Part shown: one piece after another, positions 1-8,318 of the stretch
How positions within the stretch are numbered: position 1 is the first letter of the stretch
How the letters are laid out: the number at the start of each line of letters is the position of its first letter
Origin: Candidatus Scalindua sp.
Lineage (GTDB): Bacteria; Planctomycetota; Brocadiia; Brocadiales; Scalinduaceae
NCBI GenBank assembly: GCA_031316235.1
Contig: JALDRA010000001.1
Location: forward strand, 1,620,001 to 1,652,000
Length of the DNA: 32,000 nt
Direction: 5' to 3'
The notes under the pieces: generated by a model
Told to the model about the DNA's origin: nothing
What the model saw: the letters and a program-made list of their open reading frames with translations, nothing else
Database searches by the model: none
Position numbers and translations under genes: made by a program

Positions 1-295
1 AGAAGCCCAACGGTGTTATCTCTGCCATTATAATTTCCAAATCGATATCAAACGCTGCATTTACTGTCTTGCCTGTATTGATGTAATGCCCGTAGATTGC
101 ATCAAGATGGCAAAGGATGTCCAGGTAACTGAAGATGGGAATTTACACTATGTTGAGACAAAAAGATGGGATGAGGTAGAGGCTATTACAATCGACAATG
201 ACAAGTGTATCCGCTGTGGAAACTGCGTCAGAGCATGCCCTGTAGACTGTATCTCTATTTCCAAATACAAACTGGAACAGGTTGAAAAGAAATAG
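1..295 (+). CDS. C-terminal part of a 2x[4Fe-4S] ferredoxin-domain protein (5' end outside window)
   Basis: The frame is open from base 2. It has two cluster motifs, CIYCLACIDVMPVDC and CIRCGNCVRACPVDC. Stop TAG at 293-295. Confidence 0.75.
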   Translation, partial: EAQRCYLCHYNFQIDIKRCIYCLACIDVMPVDCIKMAKDVQVTEDGNLHYVETKRWDEVEAITIDNDKCIRCGNCVRACPVDCISISKYKLEQVEKK

Positions 296-395
296 AGACG
301 GGGCACAGACAAGATATTATCGAAGTGACAAAAACCAGTGCCTGAACGGAAAGCCAGTGGTTGAACCAGAAAAGGAATAAAGGAGCAGATGCAAA

Positions 396-1397
396 GTGAA
401 GAGTGTTATTATTGGTGCTGGAATCGCCGGAATAACAGCAGCCAAAACCATCAAAGAGATAGACAAAGATGCTGAAGTGGTTGTTATAGGAGATGAGATG
501 TTTCTCCCATACAAGCGCTATTTATTGACCGAACTGCTGTGCGGCTTATCAGCTCAGGATGATTTACTATTCCTGCCTCTGGAATTATTAAACAAACTGG
601 ATATCAAACTGCGCATTGGAGAAACTGTCAAAGCCATCGAACCGTCGAAAAAGTTAATCACACTTCACCACAATGAAACCATGCACTACGATAAACTCCT
701 CATTGCCACCGGGTGCATACCGAGCCTGGGACTCACATTACGTCCCTATAAGAATTATATCCAGAACTATTACTCTCTGAATGATATCCTTGTGTTGAAA
801 AAAAGAGTGCCGGAAATTCAAAAATGTATTGTTTTCGGGAAAGGCGTAAGTTGCTTAGACCTGATTAGCGGCTTGTACAATCTTGGAAAACAGATTATTT
901 ATATTACGAAGGGAAAACGTGCTCATTTTGGTTTAAAGGAATCTGAGTTTAAGGACACATTGCATGATTTTCTTGAAGAGAAGGGTATAGACATAATAAC
1001 AGAGGATAGAATTGTATCAATTGATACGTCAAAGCACGGTTACCGGGCCGACACATTAAGGCAAAAGAAAATCACCGCTGATATTATCTTTGGGTGGGAT
1101 CATTATAACCCCAATATTTCATGTGTCGAAAATACATCGATTGAAAAAAGGCTAGGGATCCTCGTAAACGCTCAATTGGAAACATCTGAGAAAGATATCT
1201 ATGCAGCGGGAAATTGTATGGAGATCTACAACCCGTTTTTAAAAAAATACTGGTTCAATTTTGGTTTACCAAATGCTTTGGAACAGGGAAGAGTTGCCGG
1301 AAAAAACATGCTGGGGCAAGAAGAAGAGTATAAAATCCATGAAACCATTACCTTCAATCTGATGGGAAAATCACTAAAGGCAAGGTGGTGGAGATGA
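396..1397 (+). CDS. FAD/NAD(P)-dependent pyridine nucleotide-disulfide oxidoreductase family protein
   Basis: GTG start preceded by AGGAG. N-terminal dinucleotide-binding motif VIIGAGIAGITAA and a second Rossmann-like stretch IVFGKGVSCLD. C-terminal AAGNC-type FAD motif. Confidence 0.8.
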   Translation: MKSVIIGAGIAGITAAKTIKEIDKDAEVVVIGDEMFLPYKRYLLTELLCGLSAQDDLLFLPLELLNKLDIKLRIGETVKAIEPSKKLITLHHNETMHYDKLLIATGCIPSLGLTLRPYKNYIQNYYSLNDILVLKKRVPEIQKCIVFGKGVSCLDLISGLYNLGKQIIYITKGKRAHFGLKESEFKDTLHDFLEEKGIDIITEDRIVSIDTSKHGYRADTLRQKKITADIIFGWDHYNPNISCVENTSIEKRLGILVNAQLETSEKDIYAAGNCMEIYNPFLKKYWFNFGLPNALEQGRVAGKNMLGQEEEYKIHETITFNLMGKSLKARWWR

Positions 1398-3151
1398 GAT
1401 ATTCCGAGATAACCATTCGGTTTTGTGGAATAGCGGGTGATGGTGCTGTCTCATCAGGAAAGATTTTTGCGGGAGCCTGTGCCAAAATCGGACTGCACGT
1501 AATGGTAAATGCTATCTACAGCGCTGAGATCAGAGGCTTGGGCAAATCATCTTCGACAATCAGGTTTTCAACATCAAAACTCAATAGTATGGGTGACGGT
1601 ATAGATCTTCTTGTTGGCATGGCAGCAAAGGAATCGATTGTTGATTTGCGTGATATTAAAGAGGAGGGTAGTGTGATTTATGATATCAGTACCCCCGGTA
1701 CCGTAACAGAGAAAGACAGTCTTGCTGCTCACATCATTCCAGAAATTAATGGCTACGGAGTACCCATAAAACAACTTGCCAATGAGGCATCCGGTACCAA
1801 TCAGGGAAAAAACCTCGTTGCAATTGGAGCGATATGCTACTTTTATTCTCTACCACCCGACATGTTTGTCGATCAAATAAAGGCGATATTTGCCCGTAAA
1901 GGAGAACGAATCGTAGAGATTAATATTACGGCCTTTCGTTTAGGGTATGAATATTTCAAGGAACACTATCCCTTAAACAACCAGTTTGAAATCAGCAAGG
2001 GATTAAAAGCCAGAAAATTAATTAGCGGTAATGAAGCTATTGCCAAAGGTGCTTTGGATTGCGGGTTAAAATTCTTTGCCGGATATCCCATTACACCTGC
2101 AACAAAAATTATGGAGATAGCAGCAAAGGAGTTGCCGAAATTGGGGGGCTGGACTCTGCAGATGGAAGACGAAATTGCTGCGATCAGTGCGGTATTAGGG
2201 GCTGGTTTTGCGGGAAAACGTTCAATGACTGCGACTTCCGGACCAGGCCTCTCCCTGATGAGCGAAATGATTAATATGTCAGTAATGGCGGAAATTCCCG
2301 CAATCATTGTAAATGTTCAACGTGGTGGACCATCAACTGGTCTTCCCACAAAAGTAGAACAGGGCGATCTGAATATTGCCCTTTATGGTGGCTCAGGAGA
2401 TTCACCCAGGGTGGTAATGGCACCCTGTGATTCTGAAGATTGCTACCATGGTATCCAGTTAGCCTTTGATATTGCAGAAAAATATCAGACACCTGTTATT
2501 TTTCTCAGCGATCTGTTCCTCGGGCAACGCATAGAAACTGTTGCAATTGAAGCAAACATCGATAGAGAGAGATGCACACGAAAGAGACCAACTTCTGAGC
2601 AGTTGAAAAATTATCTGCGTTATCAGATTACCGATGATGGCGTTTCACCCCTGATCGTTCCTGGAGAATCAGGCGCCATATACTCCGTAACAGGACTGGA
2701 ACATTCTGTCACCGGCAATCCCAACTACGAATCAGACGTGCACAGCATGATGACTGCCAAACGATTTCGCAAATTCGAATCCATGGTAACAGATCTTCCC
2801 CAGGCAGATATCATCGGAGACGAAAAGGGTGTAATAGGATTAGCTGGTTGGGGTTCTACGATCGGTTCAATTCTTGAAGGAATGGAAATCGCCAGGAAAC
2901 GTGGTGTTCCCTCAAAATTAATAAAATCAATTATGATTCATCCGCAGCGAGAGGATTCATTTCAGGAATTTTTTGCTTCCTGTAAGAAGATTATCGTACC
3001 TGAAATGAATTATCAGGGACAATATGCTGCACTGTTGAAATCACGCTACGGTATAAAGCCGATAGAAGTTCATATACCTTCGGTCAATCCCGTCAGTCCC
3101 TTGAAAATTGCCCAGAAAATTATGGAGGCCAATGATGAGCTTTCTCAGTAA
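1394..3151 (+). CDS. korA: 2-oxoacid:ferredoxin oxidoreductase alpha subunit (fused gamma+alpha type)
   Basis: ATGA overlap with the upstream stop, with RBS GGTGGTGGAG. N-terminal GIAGDGAVSSGKIF matches the gamma domain. The YPITPAT and TSGPGLSLM motifs are typical of KorA/PorA. I prefer the ATG at 1394 over the track start at 1385. Confidence 0.85.
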   Translation: MRYSEITIRFCGIAGDGAVSSGKIFAGACAKIGLHVMVNAIYSAEIRGLGKSSSTIRFSTSKLNSMGDGIDLLVGMAAKESIVDLRDIKEEGSVIYDISTPGTVTEKDSLAAHIIPEINGYGVPIKQLANEASGTNQGKNLVAIGAICYFYSLPPDMFVDQIKAIFARKGERIVEINITAFRLGYEYFKEHYPLNNQFEISKGLKARKLISGNEAIAKGALDCGLKFFAGYPITPATKIMEIAAKELPKLGGWTLQMEDEIAAISAVLGAGFAGKRSMTATSGPGLSLMSEMINMSVMAEIPAIIVNVQRGGPSTGLPTKVEQGDLNIALYGGSGDSPRVVMAPCDSEDCYHGIQLAFDIAEKYQTPVIFLSDLFLGQRIETVAIEANIDRERCTRKRPTSEQLKNYLRYQITDDGVSPLIVPGESGAIYSVTGLEHSVTGNPNYESDVHSMMTAKRFRKFESMVTDLPQADIIGDEKGVIGLAGWGSTIGSILEGMEIARKRGVPSKLIKSIMIHPQREDSFQEFFASCKKIIVPEMNYQGQYAALLKSRYGIKPIEVHIPSVNPVSPLKIAQKIMEANDELSQ

Positions 3152-3989
3152 AAGGTCTGTTCTTGAAGGTTTAAAGAGCGCCAAGGCATCAAAAACAAAA
3201 GAGTGGAGAGATAATCTGCCCACCTGGTGTCCGGGATGCGGCCACTTTACCGGACTACATGGATTATACGAAGCGGTAGAAAGGCTCAAAATACCGCAGA
3301 AAGACTTTGTCGTAGTCTCCGGTATTGGTTGTTCCGGCAGGTTTCCTTTTTTCATCAAAGGGTTTGGTCTGCACGGATTGCACGGCCGAGCCCTCCCGAT
3401 AGCCACCGGCATCAAGATCGCCAATCCTGCACTGACAGTTGTCGTGGTAGGCGGTGATGGAGACGGTGTCGGAATCGGGGGAGGTCATTTTCCTCATGCC
3501 GCAAGAAGTAATTTCAATCTGACCTATATTCTCCTGGATAATAGCATCTACGGTTTAACCAAGGGGCAAATTTCTCCAACCTCACCAATGGGTATGAAAA
3601 GCGGCACATCTCCTTATGGAAATATTGCACGTCCAGTTAATCCTACCACGCTCGCCCTGGCATACGGAGCCACATTTGTTGCACGGGTCTTTTCTCGTGA
3701 AAGAGATATGGTGTCTGATGTAATTACCAGGGCGATCCAGCATAAAGGGTTTTCCTTTATCCACGATCTGTCACCCTGTGTGGTATTTAATAAACTGGTT
3801 ACGTATAACAGCTGGCATGAAGTGGTAACAGATCTTCCCGCGGATTATGACACCCAAGACCGTTCAAAAGCAATGGGATTGGCTGGAAGTATTGATCCCA
3901 TATATCTGGGTATTTTCCTCCAGGAACATATCCCCTCCTTTGACGATCTGTCGCAGCAGGTCAAGAAAGGGCTTATCCACCCGGCTTAA
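3132..3989 (+). CDS. korB: 2-oxoacid:ferredoxin oxidoreductase beta subunit (TPP-binding)
   Basis: Has the CPGCGH motif and the GGDGDGVGIGG thiamine-diphosphate motif. GGAGG lies just upstream of the ATGATG at 3132-3137. The track start at 3108 lies inside korA. Confidence 0.85.
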   Translation: MMSFLSKRSVLEGLKSAKASKTKEWRDNLPTWCPGCGHFTGLHGLYEAVERLKIPQKDFVVVSGIGCSGRFPFFIKGFGLHGLHGRALPIATGIKIANPALTVVVVGGDGDGVGIGGGHFPHAARSNFNLTYILLDNSIYGLTKGQISPTSPMGMKSGTSPYGNIARPVNPTTLALAYGATFVARVFSRERDMVSDVITRAIQHKGFSFIHDLSPCVVFNKLVTYNSWHEVVTDLPADYDTQDRSKAMGLAGSIDPIYLGIFLQEHIPSFDDLSQQVKKGLIHPA

Positions 3990-4164
3990 GAGACCAGGAA
4001 AAATAGAGAGTTATATTTCCTGAGCCCCTGAGCTAAAAGCAAAATGAAACTTGCTGCGCCTGATTGATTTCATTAAGTTCTACGAAGTGTTCTGACACAA
4101 TCTAAAACATCCAAAAAGAAGACTGGTGTACTCGTAACTCTTACAAGCGGAGAGCAAACAAAGA

Positions 4165-4202
4165 ATAGAGAGGAACACCGAAGCATTCCCCTCTATCTTT
4201 TT
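4165..4202. terminator. Possible bidirectional intrinsic terminator between korB and the convergent desulforedoxin gene
   Basis: Stem ATAGAGAGG (4165-4173) pairs with CCCCTCTAT (4188-4196). It is followed by CTTTTT on the plus strand and a T-rich run on the minus strand. Confidence 0.4.
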
Positions 4203-4235
4203 ACGTACATACCTAGACAGAACGAATCCCTTTTG

Positions 4236-4355
4236 TCAGTCCTGTAATGTCATTGGCTGACCACAGCACTCTAAGGTCCCCGCTCCCCCCTCTTTTACCT
4301 CAACAACTGAACCACAAATTTCACACTCGTATGTTTCACCACTTTCTGTTGGCAT
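4236..4355 (-). CDS. Desulforedoxin-like small rubredoxin-type iron protein (39 aa)
   Basis: Not in the ORF track because it is under 60 aa. Translation is MPTESGETYECEICGSVVEVKEGGAGTLECCGQPMTLQD. It has the CxxC...CC pattern and close resemblance to D. gigas desulforedoxin (..[30 protein letters not shown]..). GAAAGGAAAAATATCA lies immediately upstream of the ATG. Confidence 0.8.
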   Translation of the reverse strand: MPTESGETYECEICGSVVEVKEGGAGTLECCGQPMTLQD

Positions 4356-4699
4356 TGATATTTTTCCTTTCTCTTTTAAGGTTAGCAGTGTAATAAAAAA
4401 ACCATTATTACCTCATTTTTTTGCCCATCATGAAAACTTCATTTATTCTATCCACTTATGCGGAAAGCGCAAGGAAAAGTTAGTCCAAAGCAAGGTTTGG
4501 TAAACAATGTTTATAGAATTCCAATACCTTAGAAAAACATGTAACTTTCTGGATCTTTCCCCTCCATAACAGATTACCTGTGAACGCGGCAGTATGATAA
4601 GTCTCTTTGGTATAACAAATTACAGTCAAAAATAAAACCTGTATTTTGTTGGCACAATGATTGCGCTTTACTAAAAAAAGGAATTGAGGCAAAAGCGAT

Positions 4700-5764
4700 A
4701 TGAATATTGCAGTGATTGGTGCATCTGGGTCTATCGGAAGCGAGCTGGCACGGCAAATTATAGCCACCCGCCTGCTGGAACCTGGCGAACGCCTGCAGTT
4801 GATTGGGAGGGAAGGCAGGCCGAGCTCCCAGATACTGTACGGGCTCTTTAACGACCTCAAGGATGCATATGATGAGATATGTCCGACTCTGGAAGTAATA
4901 CTCAATACAAAAGATATTTCAGCCGACATCGTTATTATGGCTGCCGGCACAACCGCTGCTGTAACCCTTCCTCCAGAGAGTCTCTCCAGAGACAGGTTGG
5001 CCAGGAAAAATATACCGATCTTTAAATACTATGCATCTGCCCTGGCGCAGCATGGGCATGGCAGCGAAATTATAATTTGTGTCTCTAATCCCAACGAACT
5101 GAATGTGGAGATTTTTGCAAGACACCTCGATCGCAAACGGATAATTGGCATGGGTGCGTATCTGGACTCCTTACGATTTAGAAAGGAAATTGCTAAAGAA
5201 CTTGGTTTACATCGACAGAAAATACATGGTTTTATGGTCGGAGAACATGGTTGCAACATGGTACCCCTCTGGAGCAGCGTCCATATTTATGGCCTTCAAA
5301 AAGATGCCGTAAAAGCGGCAATAGATAAAATACGCAAGGGCCGGGCTACGATTAACTTTCAGGATGATATTGCAGAGGCCAGAGAGCAGATTAATATATT
5401 AATTCAAGAAGGTAAAATCCGTCATGCATACGAACTTGCGGATCAGTATCCACCGGATATGAGAACGGTGTTGAATCCGGACATTACACACTTCAGCGGC
5501 TCTAAAACAATAACAGGCACGGTTAATGCAACACTTGAGCTGGTGAATACTATCACCATGGGCCACGATGCACTTATTTCGGGACAGATCAGGCTGGAAG
5601 GTGAGTTTTATGGTGTATATGGAACGATTGGCGTTCCCTTTGTGATAGGCAATTGCGGAGTAGAAAAAGTGCTTGAAGTCTCTCTTGAAAAAGATGAAAA
5701 AGAGCTGTTCATTAAAAACGCAAAAAATATTAATAAGAAAATCTGTCACTGGTTAGGTGCTTAG
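4700..5764 (+). CDS. Lactate/malate dehydrogenase family protein
   Basis: N-terminal NIAVIGASGSIGSELA Rossmann motif, VSNPNE, and the catalytic-loop-like MVGEHGCNMVPLWS. At 354 aa it is longer than typical Mdh/Ldh. Confidence 0.75.
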   Translation: MNIAVIGASGSIGSELARQIIATRLLEPGERLQLIGREGRPSSQILYGLFNDLKDAYDEICPTLEVILNTKDISADIVIMAAGTTAAVTLPPESLSRDRLARKNIPIFKYYASALAQHGHGSEIIICVSNPNELNVEIFARHLDRKRIIGMGAYLDSLRFRKEIAKELGLHRQKIHGFMVGEHGCNMVPLWSSVHIYGLQKDAVKAAIDKIRKGRATINFQDDIAEAREQINILIQEGKIRHAYELADQYPPDMRTVLNPDITHFSGSKTITGTVNATLELVNTITMGHDALISGQIRLEGEFYGVYGTIGVPFVIGNCGVEKVLEVSLEKDEKELFIKNAKNINKKICHWLGA

Positions 5765-5857
5765 AGTACCAAAGCTGCCACCATGTTGCCGTTGTTTTAT
5801 AAGTTGTTAAATACCTTCTGTCTAAACTGATAGTTTCAGATAAAATTACTGATGCTT

Positions 5858-5935
5858 ACGCAGAGCCGCAAAGTTCGCTAAGAAAAAATATGGTCCAAAA
5901 GCTAAATCCCCTTTGCGTTCTTTGCGCCTTAGCGT
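5858..5935. repeat. REP-like inverted pair (arms 5858-5882 and 5910-5935)
   Basis: ACGCAGAGCCGCAAAGTTCGCTAAG faces the reverse complement of a related 26-mer. The same family recurs at 7254-7382. Confidence 0.5.
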
Positions 5936-6086
5936 GAGGAAAAATAAGTTCTCCTTCTCTATATTGTATTATTCCATAACAACGTTACCAACTACTGTGT
6001 GTTACCAATCTTATTTTTCACCGTTATCCTTTGTGTCTTTGTGTGTTACATTTAAATTAGGACAATTAACGAAAGAGAGGTCAAAA

Positions 6087-6842
6087 ATGTTTCACTATTA
6101 CTTTAAAAGAGTTGTGACCGGAGCAGCAACAATTGGTTTCACCCTGTTTTTCGGTCTGATGATCATGCTCCAAACTGCTGCCGCATCAGAAAAAGAGGAC
6201 TGCGGTGTTGACAGTGTCAGCCAATTGAAATTTGCAGATCCCGTAAAGGACATTCATCTATATCTCAACGCCTTTCACACCGCGAAGGAAAATCCAGAAT
6301 TTGAGATAGAGGCCCATCACTACTGTTCGATGCGGAATCTCGACGTCCAGGGAGAAAGCCTTCATCAATGTGCGGTGTATGACTCCAAGGAAGCACCTGC
6401 CAGGCTCATCGGGATAGAGTATATCGTCAGCAATGAGACCTATCAGAAGCTCCCCTCCGAAGAGAAGAGATATTGGCATCCTCATGCGTATGAGGTAATA
6501 TCGGGCCAGCTCATTGCTCCCGATCTGCCCGATATGGGTAACGAGGCGCTTGGAGGATATATTACAAGCTGGGGGAAGACATTTCACACCTGGCCGGACC
6601 CTAAAACCAGTATACCAATGGGAGAACCTATACTGATGTGGTCTGCCGGTGCGGATGGACAGATCAGCAGGGAGATGATTGATAAACGCGATAAGAGTTT
6701 CGGTATCTCTTCCGATGAGCTCCGTGAGCAAAGAAAGAGTTACGGTTATCAGGTCCCAACCGTTGAGGTGCCGCATTCTGTTGATGAAATCGGCCGGCAA
6801 TGGACAAGTAACGGACCAGACGAGCCCAAACAGTTAAAATAA
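6087..6842 (+). CDS. DUF1264 / OBAP-like protein with N-terminal signal/TM segment
   Basis: ATG at 6087 preceded by AGAGAGG. Hydrophobic N-terminus. Motifs as I recall them for DUF1264: HHYC, QCAVYDS, ARLIGIEYIVS, YWHPHAYEVISGQL. The upstream extension of the track ORF (5913-6086) runs through a REP-like repeat. Confidence 0.55.
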   Translation: MFHYYFKRVVTGAATIGFTLFFGLMIMLQTAAASEKEDCGVDSVSQLKFADPVKDIHLYLNAFHTAKENPEFEIEAHHYCSMRNLDVQGESLHQCAVYDSKEAPARLIGIEYIVSNETYQKLPSEEKRYWHPHAYEVISGQLIAPDLPDMGNEALGGYITSWGKTFHTWPDPKTSIPMGEPILMWSAGADGQISREMIDKRDKSFGISSDELREQRKSYGYQVPTVEVPHSVDEIGRQWTSNGPDEPKQLK

Positions 6843-7003
6843 AAGCGATCTTTTTCAGCGTTGTCTGTTGGATTATTGAAGAAAACCAACACGGCAACGC
6901 TGAAATTTTTTGTAAGTCAGGAGAAATTTTGTAACAGATGTAACTTCAGACTTCCTGACCTCACGAATCATGATTTGTCCCTGATGATCAAGAACAAATT
7001 TCG

Positions 7004-7094
7004 AATATCGAACAAGGAATAATGAATATCGAAGGACAAGGGATTATTTGATCTTGAGGAACGTTTCATAGAATTTGCTGTCAGAATTATTCAC
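7004..7094 (+). pseudogene. Fragment of a four-helix-bundle (23S rRNA IVS-type) protein gene
   Basis: Encodes NIEQGIMNIEGQG, then FDLEERFIEFAVRIIH in a different frame. This matches the N-terminus of that family as I recall it (FDLEERL.EFA.RII). The rest of the gene is absent. Confidence 0.45.
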
Positions 7095-7253
7095 ACATTG
7101 GAATTGCAAATACTGCAAGGCAAAAGAAAACTTACCCTTTCACTATCTTTCACCAAATATTTCAATAGTTTTTTATGGATGCATTTTTCAGCGTGTAGCA
7201 GCGCAGCAATCTTAATTCGATTTAGGAGTTCCATTTTAATTAGTTTTTTTCTT

Positions 7254-7382
7254 AACGCAGAGGTCGCGGAGGACGCAGAGTAAAGATAGGTATTCCTATT
7301 TTGCCCGACCGACTCAGCCGTTCGGACGGGAACTCCAGCAACAAAATTTTGTTTTTCTCTGCGATCTCTGCGCCTCTGCGTT
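7254..7382. repeat. REP-like inverted pair (arms 7254-7280 and 7357-7382)
   Basis: AACGCAGAGGTCGCGGAGGACGCAGAG faces the reverse complement CTCTGCGATCTCTGCGCCTCTGCGTT. Same family as 5858-5935. Confidence 0.5.
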
Positions 7383-7536
7383 AAGGCATCTTAGTCTAAA
7401 ATTATCCGTTTAAGCACCATGAACACAGCTACTTATAAAACGACTGCAACATGTTAGTAACTTTGTCACTCTAAGCACCTATACTAAAACCGATCTGGTT
7501 TTCGGTTTTACCGGAAACCAGATCTTGGTGAAGGTA

Positions 7537-7591
7537 TACTCGCTCAATTTTATCTCGGATTTTATCCGAAAACCATTGTAAGATGAGTATA
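7537..7591 (-). repeat. About 50-nt structured repeat, copy A (inverted relative to copy B at 17998-18047)
   Basis: On the minus strand: TATACTCAT..TTTCGGATAAAATCCGAGATAAAATTGAGCGAGTA. It is near-identical to copy B. Confidence 0.7.
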
Positions 7592-7614
7592 TAATGTATA
7601 TTCAGATAGTCGTC

Positions 7615-7860
7615 TTACTCATTATGAGCAGGAATCCATGTCTTCTCTTCGTATTCCTGCCAGTGACCAGAGGGTACAACTCTATTTTCATAATGTCCCT
7701 CGATCCTTCGGTCACCCTCATAACGTTCCGCAACCCACACCCTCTCTTTCTCTGAAGCATCAACCCACATTCTCTTCTTCACATACTCATAATGGCCTTC
7801 AACATAGTTTCCCCCCTGCCCAGATCTGGATTGTCTCTCCATCTGAAGCTGTCTGTCCAT
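7615..7860 (-). CDS. GHYE/W-rich small protein, or the frameshifted C-terminal part of the upstream glycine-zipper lipoprotein
   Basis: 81-aa ORF with repeated GHYE..VW motifs. It overlaps the 3' end of ORF 7799-8110 in another frame. Confidence 0.5.
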   Translation of the reverse strand: MDRQLQMERQSRSGQGGNYVEGHYEYVKKRMWVDASEKERVWVAERYEGDRRIEGHYENRVVPSGHWQEYEEKTWIPAHNE

Positions 7861-8110
7861 TTGTGCATATTCTCTCTTCCCTCTTTTTGTCTAAATGGTC
7901 TCCAACCAAAGCTCCACCGAGAGCCCCTGCTCCAGCACCAATTGCTGCGCCCATACCGGCATTACCCGTCAAGGCACCTATAATTGCACCGGTAGCCGCT
8001 CCCGCTCCGGTCCCAACTGCTGAGCTTTTTTGAGTTGTTGTTAAACAACCTGTAGTGAGAGTGCTTACTGTCACAACACATATTGTCATAATAATTATTT
8101 TTCTATTCAT
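7799..8110 (-). CDS. Glycine-zipper lipoprotein
   Basis: ATG at 8110 preceded by GGGAGAAAGC. Signal peptide with lipobox LTTGC. Gly/Ala zipper GTGAGAATGAIIGALTGNAGMGAAIGAGAGALGGALVG. Confidence 0.75.
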   Translation of the reverse strand: MNRKIIIMTICVVTVSTLTTGCLTTTQKSSAVGTGAGAATGAIIGALTGNAGMGAAIGAGAGALGGALVGDHLDKKREERICTNGQTASDGETIQIWAGGKLC

Positions 8111-8255
8111 GCTTTCTCCCACCTTAGACGATCTTCGTTCTGAGAAAGTTTCATAAAAAAAAATATTCAAGCAGATTACGTGTATCAACATGTTTCAGCC
8201 AGACTTTGTATAATACGAGCGTAAAGTTATTGTTTTGAGAACCCTAATGATCAAT

Positions 8256-8318
8256 CCGCTAACGTTTATGCTAAGTGGCGCGAGTTTACGAGCGTCCACT
8301 TGAGCTGCTTGTTAGGGC
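8256..8318 (-). other. attC-like recombination site D (63 bp), overlaps the 3' end of the TIR-SIR2 gene
   Basis: Minus strand: GCCCTAAC-aagca-GCTcAAGTGGaCGC-loop-GCGCCACTTAGC-ataaac-GTTAGCGG. Spacers are 5 and 6 nt, and there are two unpaired bases in the 5' arm. Confidence 0.75.

Noticed and set aside
4480-4950. 156-aa minus-strand ORF spanning the 5' end of the Ldh/Mdh-family gene and the intergenic region
   Set aside because: It has no RBS and no recognisable motif, and it overlaps a well-supported gene on the other strand.
5913-6086. N-terminal extension of the DUF1264-like ORF (track start 5913)
   Set aside because: It starts at a non-ATG codon inside a REP-like repeat. A good RBS and ATG followed by a signal-like segment occur at 6087.
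7638-8033. 131-aa plus-strand ORF rich in Pro/Ala
   Set aside because: It is antisense to the Gly/Ala-zipper lipoprotein gene. Its low-complexity composition is the complement of the Gly codons, and it has no start context.
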